Source of the DNA: a virus
Taxonomy: Duplodnaviria > Caudoviricetes
Length of the DNA stretch: 26,018 nt
Reading direction: 5' to 3' (one strand)
Virus record (IMG/VR): IMGVR_UViG_3300005739_000634
Span: 1 to 26,018 of that record
The notes beneath the pieces were generated by a model. It made no database searches. It saw nothing but the letters and a program-made list of their open reading frames with translations, and had not been told where the DNA came from. The translations under genes were made by a program, and so were the position numbers. Shown piece after piece: positions 1 through 8,965 of this stretch (the first letter of the stretch is position 1; each line of letters starts with the position of its first letter).

Positions 1-134
1 TTCTTAGAATCTTCTTTGTCGTAATTGGTTCCAGTAATAACATTTACGCCAGGCTGAAAATTAATAGTCACCGGTGTTTCCCCGACAGAAAGGAAGTTCT
101 TAATGCAAAGAGATTTAAAATTAACTAAACGCAC
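1..134 (-). CDS. gp46: T4 gp46-like recombination endonuclease ATPase subunit (SbcC/Rad50 family), N-terminal fragment running off the window
   Basis: Not in the ORF track. Manual translation from GTG at 134 gives MRLVNFKSLCIKNFLSVGETPVTINFQPGVNVITGTNYDKEDSK, the typical 'IKNFLSVG...ITGxN' SbcC/gp46 start leading into Walker A. gp47 lies upstream on the same strand. Confidence 0.9.
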   Translation of the reverse strand, partial: MRLVNFKSLCIKNFLSVGETPVTINFQPGVNVITGTNYDKEDSK

Positions 135-141
135 TATTTAC

Positions 142-147
142 AGTATA
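142..147 (-). promoter_or_regulatory. Putative -10 element (TATACT) 7 nt upstream of the gp46 GTG
   Basis: Minus strand reads CCTC-TATACT-GTAAATA-GTG. The -35 at 16-nt spacing (TGGATG) is weak. A TAAATA also abuts the start codon. Confidence 0.4.
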
Positions 148-153
148 GAGGAT

Positions 154-1014
154 TTACCAATAACATCCACCTTCAATATTTTTAAATTTTTCTGGAGTTT
201 CATTTATAGATGGGCGTGTCCAGTGTTCATTATAAAATATTTTTCCAATATTTCCACCATCCCATCTTCCTCCCTTTATACCAAAAAGTAACTGCAAAGG
301 TCCTCCGAGATGAATACCTTTTTTACCACTCTTACGAGCATGGGCTATTAAAGGTAAAGAAGATGCTCCAGTACCTGTTAATACAACATCGTAGTCTAAA
401 TTATTCATTTGTTCTTTAATATCATTAACCATCTCTATCCAAGAACTATATTTACTTGGTTTATCTATACCCGGGGAATGTTGATGTTGTATTGTTAGAA
501 GTTCAAAGTCCGGTAATAAACGAGTGTCTTTCCAAATTTTATCTTTAATTTTATACTGTTGTTTTATTGTTTCTGTAAAAGGTGAAATTACTAAAACCTT
601 TTTATCTTTTAAATGTTCAGTCCACGGTGCACCAAAATAAAAAGGCTCAAGACTTTGTAAGTCTATTAATTCGCAATTTGAAGAATTCTTTTTTATAAAA
701 CGAGCTTCAAAGTCTAAATTAAACATAGACCACCAAGCTAAACAGTCAATGTGTGGTAGGCTATCTACTATTTCATTAATAAATTCAATACGTGCTTGTT
801 CAGTTTGTGGAAATACCCCGGTGTTTTTGTATGTTTCCTCTATAACATTTGGCGCCCATTGTACAGGTCGATTTTTATGTTGAAAATAAAAATAGTTATA
901 AATACATAGTAGTTCGCAGTTACCAATTTTGCCAGCTGCAAACGGTTTATTATCTTTAAATTTTTTATAAAGATAAAACGAGCCGGAAATTAAATCTTTT
1001 TTTTGAAAGTTCAT
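154..1014 (-). CDS. Putative glycosyltransferase (GT-D-fold-like) or glycan-locus protein
   Basis: 'KIGNCE', 'KKVLVISPF' and 'DVVLTGTGASSLPLIAHARKSGKKGIHLGG' resemble GT-D-like proteins of polysaccharide loci. It overlaps the upstream gene by 4 bp (ATGA). Confidence 0.55.
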   Translation of the reverse strand: MNFQKKDLISGSFYLYKKFKDNKPFAAGKIGNCELLCIYNYFYFQHKNRPVQWAPNVIEETYKNTGVFPQTEQARIEFINEIVDSLPHIDCLAWWSMFNLDFEARFIKKNSSNCELIDLQSLEPFYFGAPWTEHLKDKKVLVISPFTETIKQQYKIKDKIWKDTRLLPDFELLTIQHQHSPGIDKPSKYSSWIEMVNDIKEQMNNLDYDVVLTGTGASSLPLIAHARKSGKKGIHLGGPLQLLFGIKGGRWDGGNIGKIFYNEHWTRPSINETPEKFKNIEGGCYW

Positions 1015-1712
1015 TTTTTATCGTAACTGTATTTAAAATTTCTGCTACTTGCATTAGTAAAAGTATGATTTTCTTGAGATGCATCTAATGTATCAGGGAA
1101 TTCAAACTCCATATATTTGTCAATATAGTGTATATCCAAATTATGTCTTTCACAATTCACCTTCATGATTGTTTCGGGATGTATAATATTTTTATTAAGA
1201 TATTCAGTTAAATGTAAAAAAGTATCTGCATATTTGTCGTATATAGAAGGATTTGCTATTGCAAATAGGTCCGTTACTCCCTCAAACCCCCAACATCCAG
1301 GAACAATAAGCTTGTTGTTTAGCGCATACTCAAAATCAATTTGAGGTATACTGCTTTTATAAAAGCAATCTGTTCTACTTCGTATTATGATATCATATTG
1401 TATATTAGTTTTTTTTCTAAGCTCGTTACACATATATATGTTGTAATACATTGAACAAACGTTAATTTTTTTGTCCCAATTTAGTGGAAGAGCGTTTACA
1501 ATTTCGGTGTAGAAATTATTATCGTTTATAACAAAGTCTTTTGGTCTATATAAACTTAAAAAATCTTTATAATTTTGTTCTTTCCCTTCGACGTTCTCCG
1601 CACCATAAAAAAATATATCACAATCTAGTTTTGATAAAATATATTTTTTTGTATAAGGGTACGTTTCCTTAAAACATCTTAAACCACCTGAAAAACAAAT
1701 AGCAACTTTCAT
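1011..1712 (-). CDS. Putative glycosyltransferase-like protein ('K.AxCxSG..R' family), paralog of 3517..4227
   Basis: MKVAICFSGGLR...SMYY...YDIIIRSRTD...DLFAI...HPE shares its motif order with 3517..4227. This family is common in glycan loci of bacteria and large viruses. Confidence 0.6.
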   Translation of the reverse strand: MKVAICFSGGLRCFKETYPYTKKYILSKLDCDIFFYGAENVEGKEQNYKDFLSLYRPKDFVINDNNFYTEIVNALPLNWDKKINVCSMYYNIYMCNELRKKTNIQYDIIIRSRTDCFYKSSIPQIDFEYALNNKLIVPGCWGFEGVTDLFAIANPSIYDKYADTFLHLTEYLNKNIIHPETIMKVNCERHNLDIHYIDKYMEFEFPDTLDASQENHTFTNASSRNFKYSYDKK

Positions 1713-1715
1713 ATA

Positions 1716-2144
1716 TTAATATTGTATTATATAATCACTGCAAATACCATAACACATATTTACATCACCGTTGATACCCTTTTCAGGTATCACGCAGATA
1801 CTTTGTTCAATGAGAGGTGAGTTAATATTACACCAAATATAACCATGACTTGTTAAAGTGTATACATCTTTATCATGCCAAAAGCAGTTTATTTTTTTAT
1901 TTTTTCTAAGTTCAAATAAAGCTTCTTTATTTTTTGCGTGGCACCATAAGTTACCATTTAACAAGAAATTGTAGTCAATTTTATATTGAGGTTTGTCATG
2001 CCCTAAAAACCATTCATTATTAATATACCATATATCTATTTCTGTATCAAACCCTTCTTTTATAGCCTGGTTAATATATTCTGGGTTATTTTCACTATCC
2101 GGTTTTGAACCGTTTAAATTGCCCCGATGGGAAATTAATTTCAT
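1716..2144 (-). CDS. Short GDPD/PLC-like phosphodiesterase-fold protein
   Basis: ISHRG...EN...GFDTEIDIW...LGHD...HAK...GICSD matches the glycerophosphodiester phosphodiesterase motifs HRG, EN, ExD, HD and terminal GIxSD. Confidence 0.75.
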   Translation of the reverse strand: MKLISHRGNLNGSKPDSENNPEYINQAIKEGFDTEIDIWYINNEWFLGHDKPQYKIDYNFLLNGNLWCHAKNKEALFELRKNKKINCFWHDKDVYTLTSHGYIWCNINSPLIEQSICVIPEKGINGDVNMCYGICSDYIIQY

Positions 2145-2146
2145 TG

Positions 2147-3520
2147 TTAATTTTTATAATTTTCTAAAAATGTTTTAAGGTCTTCTGGTGTACCAATACC
2201 CCACATTTTATTAACATTAAATGTTTTAATTTTTTTATTATCAATAATCGCCTCATTAAAAACCGGGCAAACATAAAATTCATTGTTAACGCGAATGTTT
2301 TTGCTAATCATTTGTTCAGCGTAGTGTACGAAGTCTTTTCCATGCTTCCAAAAATAAATACCTACTGTAGCAATATTTGATATTGGATTTTTTTCAGCTA
2401 CTTCAGTAACAAAACCCTGTTCATTAATTTTAGCATAGGACCATTTAGGGTGAGTGGATGTAAACGATAAAATACCTCCGTCTAAATTTTGTTCATGCAT
2501 TTTATACATAAACTCATTTGAATTCCATTCTACAAATTGATCTGAATTCGCAAGTATTAAAGGATTTTCATTATTAATAAACTCTTTAGCTAAAAGAACA
2601 GTACAAGCTGCTCCTTCTGTTAAACCGTCTGTTTCAACTATTTTACAGTTTGGTGCAATTAAACTTAAAACCGAATCAAGATTATATTTTACTCTATGTT
2701 CTTTGCGCACTACAAAAATAAAATTAGCATCAATATTTAAATTTTCTACAATAGTTTGTATCATCGGTCTTCCGTTAACATCTATGAGAGGTTTGGGGAA
2801 TGTATAACCTGCCTGTTCAAAACGGGACCCTGCTCCTGCCATGGGTATTAACACATTTAATTTATCATCTTGCCATTTTGGTATTAGGTGCATACTGTTG
2901 TCAGATATATATTTTAATTTAAATTTTTCATATGTCAAATCGTTTGTATTTTTTACTCTAAAAATACTAGCTCTGGTGCGTGACGCACCCAATAGCCCGG
3001 GAGGAGAATCCTCTATAATTAAAGTTTCTTCTGGTAAAACTCCTGCTTGGGCCATTGCTTTCCAATACATTTCTGGGTGTGGTTTTGAATGTTTTACGTC
3101 TTCATTAGAAATAATAAAATTAAAATACTCTATAATGTTTAATTTCGAGAGTGCCAATAAAACAGAACGTTTAATAGAATTTGAACAACACGCTATTAAA
3201 ACATTTTCGTTTTTTAAAAATTCGAAAATTTTTATAAGTTCGTTATTAGGTGCAATTTTTCGAAATTCTTGAAGAGTTGTTTCTTGTTTTTCGTTCCAAA
3301 TTTTTTTATGAAGTTCTTTTTTAAGTTGTTTGTTTGAAGTTAGCAAGTCGAGTTTTTGATATGTTTTTAAACCATCGTAGGTATGTAAATGTTCTTCTAA
3401 AGAGATAATAAATTCTTTTCCAGCACAATTTGCAATAGCATTGTTAAGGGCGCTGTAATGTATGTGTTTGGCGTCTACTAAGACACCATCTAGATCAAAT
3501 ATTACTAATTTATATTTCAT
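2147..3520 (-). CDS. Fusion of a HAD-superfamily phosphatase (N-terminal) and a sugar-phosphate nucleotidyltransferase (C-terminal)
   Basis: HAD motifs FDLDGVLVD, CCSNS, KPHP and IIEDSPPG are followed by NTP-transferase motifs IPMAGAGSRF...PKPLI...NSDQ...VAEK...GIGTPEDL. Confidence 0.9.
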   Translation of the reverse strand: MKYKLVIFDLDGVLVDAKHIHYSALNNAIANCAGKEFIISLEEHLHTYDGLKTYQKLDLLTSNKQLKKELHKKIWNEKQETTLQEFRKIAPNNELIKIFEFLKNENVLIACCSNSIKRSVLLALSKLNIIEYFNFIISNEDVKHSKPHPEMYWKAMAQAGVLPEETLIIEDSPPGLLGASRTRASIFRVKNTNDLTYEKFKLKYISDNSMHLIPKWQDDKLNVLIPMAGAGSRFEQAGYTFPKPLIDVNGRPMIQTIVENLNIDANFIFVVRKEHRVKYNLDSVLSLIAPNCKIVETDGLTEGAACTVLLAKEFINNENPLILANSDQFVEWNSNEFMYKMHEQNLDGGILSFTSTHPKWSYAKINEQGFVTEVAEKNPISNIATVGIYFWKHGKDFVHYAEQMISKNIRVNNEFYVCPVFNEAIIDNKKIKTFNVNKMWGIGTPEDLKTFLENYKN

Positions 3521-4227
3521 CCTTTATGAATATTTACATATAACTCTGAATTATTACAACAATAAATAGGTGTTTTACTATAATGTAAATGTGTAGTTAA
3601 AATGCGTTCTCCGACCATAGAAGGTGGTTTGTAAGTTGCCCAATAAAATTCTAATAAATCAAACAAACCGCTGTATATATTCATGAGTTTACTGCTTCCT
3701 AAAGCAAACTGATCGTTGCAAATTGATATATTATCAAACATAGTTTGACCTAGACCGTAATAATAGATTTTATTTTTGTCGATTAAAGAAAAATTGAGGT
3801 TGTTCTGTAAAATGAGATCTGTTCGGGCTCGAATAACTAAATCATATTCAAAATTATTTTCATTTTCATACGCACATTTTAAATTGTTAGCTTGTTTAAT
3901 AGAGTAAAACATCGATAAAACGTTGTTAGGAGCTATTAATTCAAAATTAGCGCCTTTAAATGGTTCCAACGAAAATTGCTTTGGAGGCTCAAAAAAAGTT
4001 TTTTTTGGTTTGTATAGCTCAATTACTTTTTTATCAGCATCTTTTTCCCATTTATGAGATCGATTATAAGGTATACAAAAATCTATATTTGTATCAATTA
4101 GCTTTTCGTCAAACCAAATATGAGCAAAAACATCAACGTTATATTTTGATATAAAATTTTTAAATAGGGCGTCAAAACCTATTTCTAAGTAACGAGGCTG
4201 TCCTGATAAACATAATGCTATTTTCAT
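3517..4227 (-). CDS. Putative glycosyltransferase-like protein ('K.AxCxSG..R' family)
   Basis: MKIALCLSGQPR...DVFAHIW...SMFYS...YDLVIRARTD...NDQFALG...GE. Paralog of 1011..1712. Confidence 0.6.
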   Translation of the reverse strand: MKIALCLSGQPRYLEIGFDALFKNFISKYNVDVFAHIWFDEKLIDTNIDFCIPYNRSHKWEKDADKKVIELYKPKKTFFEPPKQFSLEPFKGANFELIAPNNVLSMFYSIKQANNLKCAYENENNFEYDLVIRARTDLILQNNLNFSLIDKNKIYYYGLGQTMFDNISICNDQFALGSSKLMNIYSGLFDLLEFYWATYKPPSMVGERILTTHLHYSKTPIYCCNNSELYVNIHKG

Positions 4228-5186
4228 AATGCATCTATAAAAACGGTTTTAAACTTTTGCATAACTGTTTCAGGTGCAAAGTCTTTGTATGCATTCCAGT
4301 CTTTGTCAGGTTGAGGTGTAAAGTTATGAAAAATATTCATAAGCGTATGGCTATCTGTATAATATATTCCCTTGTCTTTTAAAGTAAAAATATGATTTTT
4401 TTCGGGAGAGTTATAATATGTTATAATAGGTTTATTACATATTGAAAATTCCGATACTGCTGCTCCGAATGATTCTCCTTCAAGACGAGAGTGTATCATT
4501 GCATCACACGTATTAATAAACATTCTTTTATACTCTAAGTCAGCAAAAGGCTCATGAAAAATAATTCTTTCATGTTCACAGAAACGCGGAACATTTGCTA
4601 ATAAAAAATAAACATTATTTTTACTGTTTACAAAATTTTGTATAGTGTGGTTAACAAAATCAATATTCCATGACCCGTCGTTACCAGTTCGGCCAAATAC
4701 TATTGCATCTTCAGGTATATTAAATTTATTACGTAAATTGATATTTGTTTCCGGTAAATGAACCATATATGGCACAAATGAATGTTTATTTTGGGATATT
4801 GCTTGACTTAACCATTCGCTCACATACGCGTAAACTAAACCATGAGGGTCATTTTGACATCCAACCACATGTATAAACATAGGTACATTATTAACATATC
4901 TCCCATCATTGCGCAAACCGCATTTTTGTATATAAAGTGCATCTATTTTAAGATCAGCACAATATTTTTCGAGTGCTGACATGTTTTCTTTCCCGTCTAA
5001 TTCAATAACTTCTAAATGCTTTTTAAATTTTTCTTTTGCTTTTGGATGTGTGCGGTGGTCGTTTTTATCGCAGAAAAAGTACGATTTATTACCTAGTATT
5101 TTTTCATTATAAAACGCATAATCAAAACAACTTACCCCCGTCCCTAAAATATCTAAATGTGGCAAATAAAACCCAATTTTTTTCAT
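4224..5186 (-). CDS. GT-B fold glycosyltransferase (GT4-like)
   Basis: N-terminal 'LGTGVSCFDYA', then 'YAYVSEW' and the C-terminal 'CDAMIHSRLEGESFGAAVSEF...KPII' E-x7-E motif. Confidence 0.8.
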   Translation of the reverse strand: MKKIGFYLPHLDILGTGVSCFDYAFYNEKILGNKSYFFCDKNDHRTHPKAKEKFKKHLEVIELDGKENMSALEKYCADLKIDALYIQKCGLRNDGRYVNNVPMFIHVVGCQNDPHGLVYAYVSEWLSQAISQNKHSFVPYMVHLPETNINLRNKFNIPEDAIVFGRTGNDGSWNIDFVNHTIQNFVNSKNNVYFLLANVPRFCEHERIIFHEPFADLEYKRMFINTCDAMIHSRLEGESFGAAVSEFSICNKPIITYYNSPEKNHIFTLKDKGIYYTDSHTLMNIFHNFTPQPDKDWNAYKDFAPETVMQKFKTVFIDAL

Positions 5187-5851
5187 ACAATATATTTGTA
5201 AAAATTATCTCCGCAAACTTTTTGCAAAAAGGTAAACCTTTTTTTACTCATTAAATCGTGCAGTGGTGCAGGGTCATAATTACATTCTAAGCTAATTAAA
5301 TCAAAACTATTTTTTGTAAAATCTATACCTTCTATAACGCTAATTTCGCTTCCTTCAGTATCAATTGATAGATAATCTACATGTTGAATATTATGTTCTT
5401 GTAAAACATCTGTGAGTTTTTTACATTTTATTTTTAAGGTAGTAACTTTGTCCCCGTGTTGTTGTGTTTCTCTTTGAATCCTTTGTACATGTTGTGGATC
5501 ATATTTAGATACAAGCCCGCTTAACATTTCAGCATAACCTTCTATAGACATAAAGTCAAGATCATCATTACTATCGCTTATAGCAATATTTAAATTTATT
5601 GATTTTCTATTTTTATTAAGTTTTTCATACGCAACAGGGTGAGGTTCTATACATAACCCCGTCCAATTGTAATTTAATTCAAAACACAAGGAATTACTCC
5701 ATGTAATACCATCGTTTGCGCCTATATCTACATACACACCATTTACTTTTCCATTAAAGTACTGAGCTGCAAAATCAGAAGGCTGAGGTCTCGGTACATT
5801 ACCATCGCTATATAAATTCCGGTATTTTATATCTGTATATACATCAATCAT
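5183..5851 (-). CDS. FkbM-family SAM-dependent methyltransferase
   Basis: Motifs YVDIGANDG...SNS...GLCIEP...DYLSIDTEGSE. Confidence 0.92.
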   Translation of the reverse strand: MIDVYTDIKYRNLYSDGNVPRPQPSDFAAQYFNGKVNGVYVDIGANDGITWSNSLCFELNYNWTGLCIEPHPVAYEKLNKNRKSINLNIAISDSNDDLDFMSIEGYAEMLSGLVSKYDPQHVQRIQRETQQHGDKVTTLKIKCKKLTDVLQEHNIQHVDYLSIDTEGSEISVIEGIDFTKNSFDLISLECNYDPAPLHDLMSKKRFTFLQKVCGDNFYKYIV

Positions 5852-6717
5852 AATATTAACTTAATTTGATTTTTAATTTTAATCAAAAAATTTATAGGGT
5901 AATTTGAATCTGTAAATAGCGGCTCATTTTTAATTTGTTGATATAATGAAGGTGTATTTTCAATTTCTAAAATCGCATTAACATATTCATCTATGGTAGA
6001 GTAATCGTTTAAATTTAAAAAACATTTTTTATTAAAATCTTCTTCACATCGTTTATCTGTATAATAAAGCGGTATACATCCTGCCGCCTTAGCATGAATT
6101 ATTTTTTCAGTGTAGTATCCTGGATATGTGCCATTTTCAAAACAAATGTTAAAACGATAATTTGATAATAAGTTTATTTTATTATCTTCTCCGTAAAACC
6201 AAGTATTGTTTTTAAAGACATGTCCAAAACCGTGTACCCCTTTTTTGGGATTTAATGTTTTTAATAGTTCTTCTCGACGATTAGCAAGATGATTGTTAAC
6301 TATAACACAAAATTGAGGTTTATCTTTATTAAAAAAATGATTTTTTTCTGGTTCAGTTAAATACTCGAGTGGTACGACGTATTGAGGATTGCCATAATTT
6401 TTTTTATTAAAAAAATCTATTTGAAGTAGCCATAGTGGTATGCGAATATTTTTACCGTTGTAATCTTCAAAATCAAACGTAAAAGAATAATCGCAATCGG
6501 TGTAATTTGGTCGTTTGTTTTCTCCTGTGTAAAAAATTTTTTTTGTTTTTGAGCGGTTGGTGTTATGGTGCTGATTTCCGAAACACGAATAAATTAAAAC
6601 ATCTGTACTATCTGATAGTGGTATTATTTCAATATCATAAAGGGTTTTAAATAAATCAGTGAAAAAATTATTATGTGGGTCTACTCCATCCCAAAAGTCA
6701 GAAAAAGACAATTTCAT
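5848..6717 (-). CDS. GT10 alpha-1,3/4-fucosyltransferase-like protein
   Basis: 'FSDFW', 'IFYTGEN.RP' and 'YRFNICFEN...GYYTEKI..A...GCIPLY' are GT10 motifs. Start reassigned from 6783 to the ATG at 6717 (MKLSFSDFW), just after the GT25 stop. Confidence 0.88.
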   Translation of the reverse strand: MKLSFSDFWDGVDPHNNFFTDLFKTLYDIEIIPLSDSTDVLIYSCFGNQHHNTNRSKTKKIFYTGENKRPNYTDCDYSFTFDFEDYNGKNIRIPLWLLQIDFFNKKNYGNPQYVVPLEYLTEPEKNHFFNKDKPQFCVIVNNHLANRREELLKTLNPKKGVHGFGHVFKNNTWFYGEDNKINLLSNYRFNICFENGTYPGYYTEKIIHAKAAGCIPLYYTDKRCEEDFNKKCFLNLNDYSTIDEYVNAILEIENTPSLYQQIKNEPLFTDSNYPINFLIKIKNQIKLIL

Positions 6718-6718
6718 A

Positions 6719-7327
6719 TTATTGATTGTTGAGAGACCCTTTAAATTTTCCTCCGTGAGAGCCTTGATGTATGCCCGGTTCACCGTAACAAGATTTTAAA
6801 TTTTCTATTCGAATAATATCATTAATTTTAAAATCAGTTGCCATTTGATTAGAATTAAAATGCTTTAACATTGTATTTGCTGTTTGTATGGTAGTTATAT
6901 AGCAGTGTGTACATCTTGTTAAAAACCCTGGTTCCCAATAAACCTTTTTGTCGGGAATAATAGAACTAGGTTTAATATCGCAACATATACCTAAAAAAAG
7001 CAAATCCCCTTTTAACTCTTCAAATTCTTGTAAACAATCTTTTAAATGTTCATTAAAATTATCAGGTAAAATTGCATCATCTTCTATAATAACTGCATAT
7101 TTATAATTGTTTTGTATTTGTTGTTCAAAACAATACTGATGTTTCAAATATAAAGAATATTCTCCTAAATTGCGGAAACGAGAATTTTCTGGTTTTGTTA
7201 AAGTTTCGGGTAAAAAATCAGTTACCCATTCAACGTTTAAATTAAGAAAAGAAAATCGTTCTTGCAAAAAAGAATAACGATCGGTTAATGGTAGGTGATG
7301 TAAACAGAAAAATTTTATGTCGAGCAT
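6719..7327 (-). CDS. GT25-family glycosyltransferase
   Basis: 'GEYSLYLKH...YAVIIEDDA...THCYITT..A...D' is the GT25 pattern. Confidence 0.8.
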   Translation of the reverse strand: MLDIKFFCLHHLPLTDRYSFLQERFSFLNLNVEWVTDFLPETLTKPENSRFRNLGEYSLYLKHQYCFEQQIQNNYKYAVIIEDDAILPDNFNEHLKDCLQEFEELKGDLLFLGICCDIKPSSIIPDKKVYWEPGFLTRCTHCYITTIQTANTMLKHFNSNQMATDFKINDIIRIENLKSCYGEPGIHQGSHGGKFKGSLNNQ

Positions 7328-8094
7328 ATTAAATCTCTATAGTGGGAAAATGTAGCTTTGTTTGATGCTTTATTAAGAATAGTTTCATAACTCGAATCTA
7401 ATAACTCAATTGTGACATCGTTAAATGAATTAACAATTAGTATAGGCAATTCATAAAAATATTCCATAGCAATATTTTTTTCTATAATCGGTATAACCCC
7501 TAAATATATTGCTTCCCATATTCTATGGCAATCAACACTATTACCCGGCGGGGAAATAACATACTTATAACTTTTAAGTTTTGTTAGGTAATCTTTAAAA
7601 GAGAGTTTATGTGTTTCAATATCAATAAAAGGTTTATTTTTAATGGTGTCGAGAATTTGTGTTCTTTTATTGTAATTAGTTGATACTTCAAAGTTGCTAT
7701 AACATAAATGTGTTTTAGGTATCTCTGTGTTTATAACTTCTAATAAAATATCTTTATTACCGTGAGGCCATTTTTCGTTTGCTATACCTATAGGTACTGG
7801 CTGAAGCTTTGAATGCTGAATTTGACAATTCATACCGTACCATTTTATAAGTCGTTTATCTTCTAATAAGTCTAAATTACCGGAAGGACAAGGTCTATCT
7901 GCATTATGTGTAATAAGCTTAAACTGATAGCCTATTTGAGATAAAACCTTTTGCTTAAAAAGTTCTATCCAGTCAGTTTTGAGAAAAATAATTTTAGGTT
8001 TTTTAGATATATCTATATAAGTTTTATCTTCATCAAGATAATCATCACAAATGCGTTTAAAACTATCTCCAGAAATTATTTCTTCTTTAGTCAT
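7315..8094 (-). CDS. Exostosin/GT47-like glycosyltransferase
   Basis: 'YKYVISPPGNSVDCHRIWEAIYLGVIPII' is the exostosin-like C-terminal motif. 'LITHNAD' and 'PVPIGI' are also present. Confidence 0.75.
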   Translation of the reverse strand: MTKEEIISGDSFKRICDDYLDEDKTYIDISKKPKIIFLKTDWIELFKQKVLSQIGYQFKLITHNADRPCPSGNLDLLEDKRLIKWYGMNCQIQHSKLQPVPIGIANEKWPHGNKDILLEVINTEIPKTHLCYSNFEVSTNYNKRTQILDTIKNKPFIDIETHKLSFKDYLTKLKSYKYVISPPGNSVDCHRIWEAIYLGVIPIIEKNIAMEYFYELPILIVNSFNDVTIELLDSSYETILNKASNKATFSHYRDLICST

Positions 8095-8965
8095 TTACAA
8101 ATTTTTTTAATTTTTTAGAGTGTATATGCAAATTGAGAATAGGTATTTTTTTATTGTTAAAAATAATATATGGCCTATTTTCAAATATAATTTGTATTGT
8201 TTTTTTAGCAATTTCTTGGCCAACATAGTGGTGTTGACCATACCATCCTTTTTCATCCCCGTTATTCGTACCACCTAGATATTGTCCATACGAAGCTCCA
8301 TCAAATAATACATTCAGTTTATCAAAATTGTCATTACCGGTACCTAACGGTAAAATAGGTAAATAGTCTATAACACCTTTTGTATGGGTGTGAATAAGAT
8401 CTATTAAAATCATTTCTGAAAGATGATCGTACTGTGTAAATGTTCTTACGATATTTTGTCCTTTTGCAAATAAGCTCTCGAGACGATTAATAAACTGTTC
8501 AAAATTTGTAAGAGAGTTACAATAAACAAATCCTGCTGAACTACAAAATGGACCAACTCTTGTAAAATATAAGGAAGGAGGTAATTGTTTTAATTCTTTT
8601 AAATCAGAATATATGAGGTTATCGTACTCTAAATGAATAAACTCATTAATATGGTTTTGTTTACAAAAAAGAAAAACAACGTAAAGCCGCAAAAGTGTAG
8701 TTAGCCAAAACGGGTCATTATAAAGAGATGGAAACCCCTTTTTGCATTTTTGATAAAATGATTCTAATTCTACTTCAAAATTATTTTTTATATCAGCATT
8801 AGTTATTAGTATCGGCGTTTCTTTTAAAAACTTTTTACTTTGTTGAAGACTTATTTGCGCAAATTCTGGTACACCTGTATAGGTGTAGTTAGAGGAATTT
8901 AATTCTTTTGAAAAAGAAAAATCGTTAGGGTTAAGATGTACGTATATAGATTTCATATCTTCCAA
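8087..8965 (-). CDS. Putative GT-A-like glycan-locus protein
   Basis: 'FWLTTLLRLY...FIHLEYDNLIY...SEM...FDGASYGQYLGG...NLHIHSK'. The ExD after a hydrophobic strand may be a DxD equivalent. The start could be the second Met (8956). Confidence 0.5.
   Translation of the reverse strand: MEDMKSIYVHLNPNDFSFSKELNSSNYTYTGVPEFAQISLQQSKKFLKETPILITNADIKNNFEVELESFYQKCKKGFPSLYNDPFWLTTLLRLYVVFLFCKQNHINEFIHLEYDNLIYSDLKELKQLPPSLYFTRVGPFCSSAGFVYCNSLTNFEQFINRLESLFAKGQNIVRTFTQYDHLSEMILIDLIHTHTKGVIDYLPILPLGTGNDNFDKLNVLFDGASYGQYLGGTNNGDEKGWYGQHHYVGQEIAKKTIQIIFENRPYIIFNNKKIPILNLHIHSKKLKKFVND

Noticed and set aside
6718-6783. Longer N-terminus of the GT10 gene given in the track
   Set aside because: It overlaps the GT25 gene by 65 bp. 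The ATG at 6717 follows the GT25 stop and begins the family-typical sequence.
154-8965. Compositional (GC) shift marking the island as recently acquired
   Set aside because: Spot checks by eye showed only a small difference from the core genes. A sliding-window GC and codon-usage calculation would be needed.
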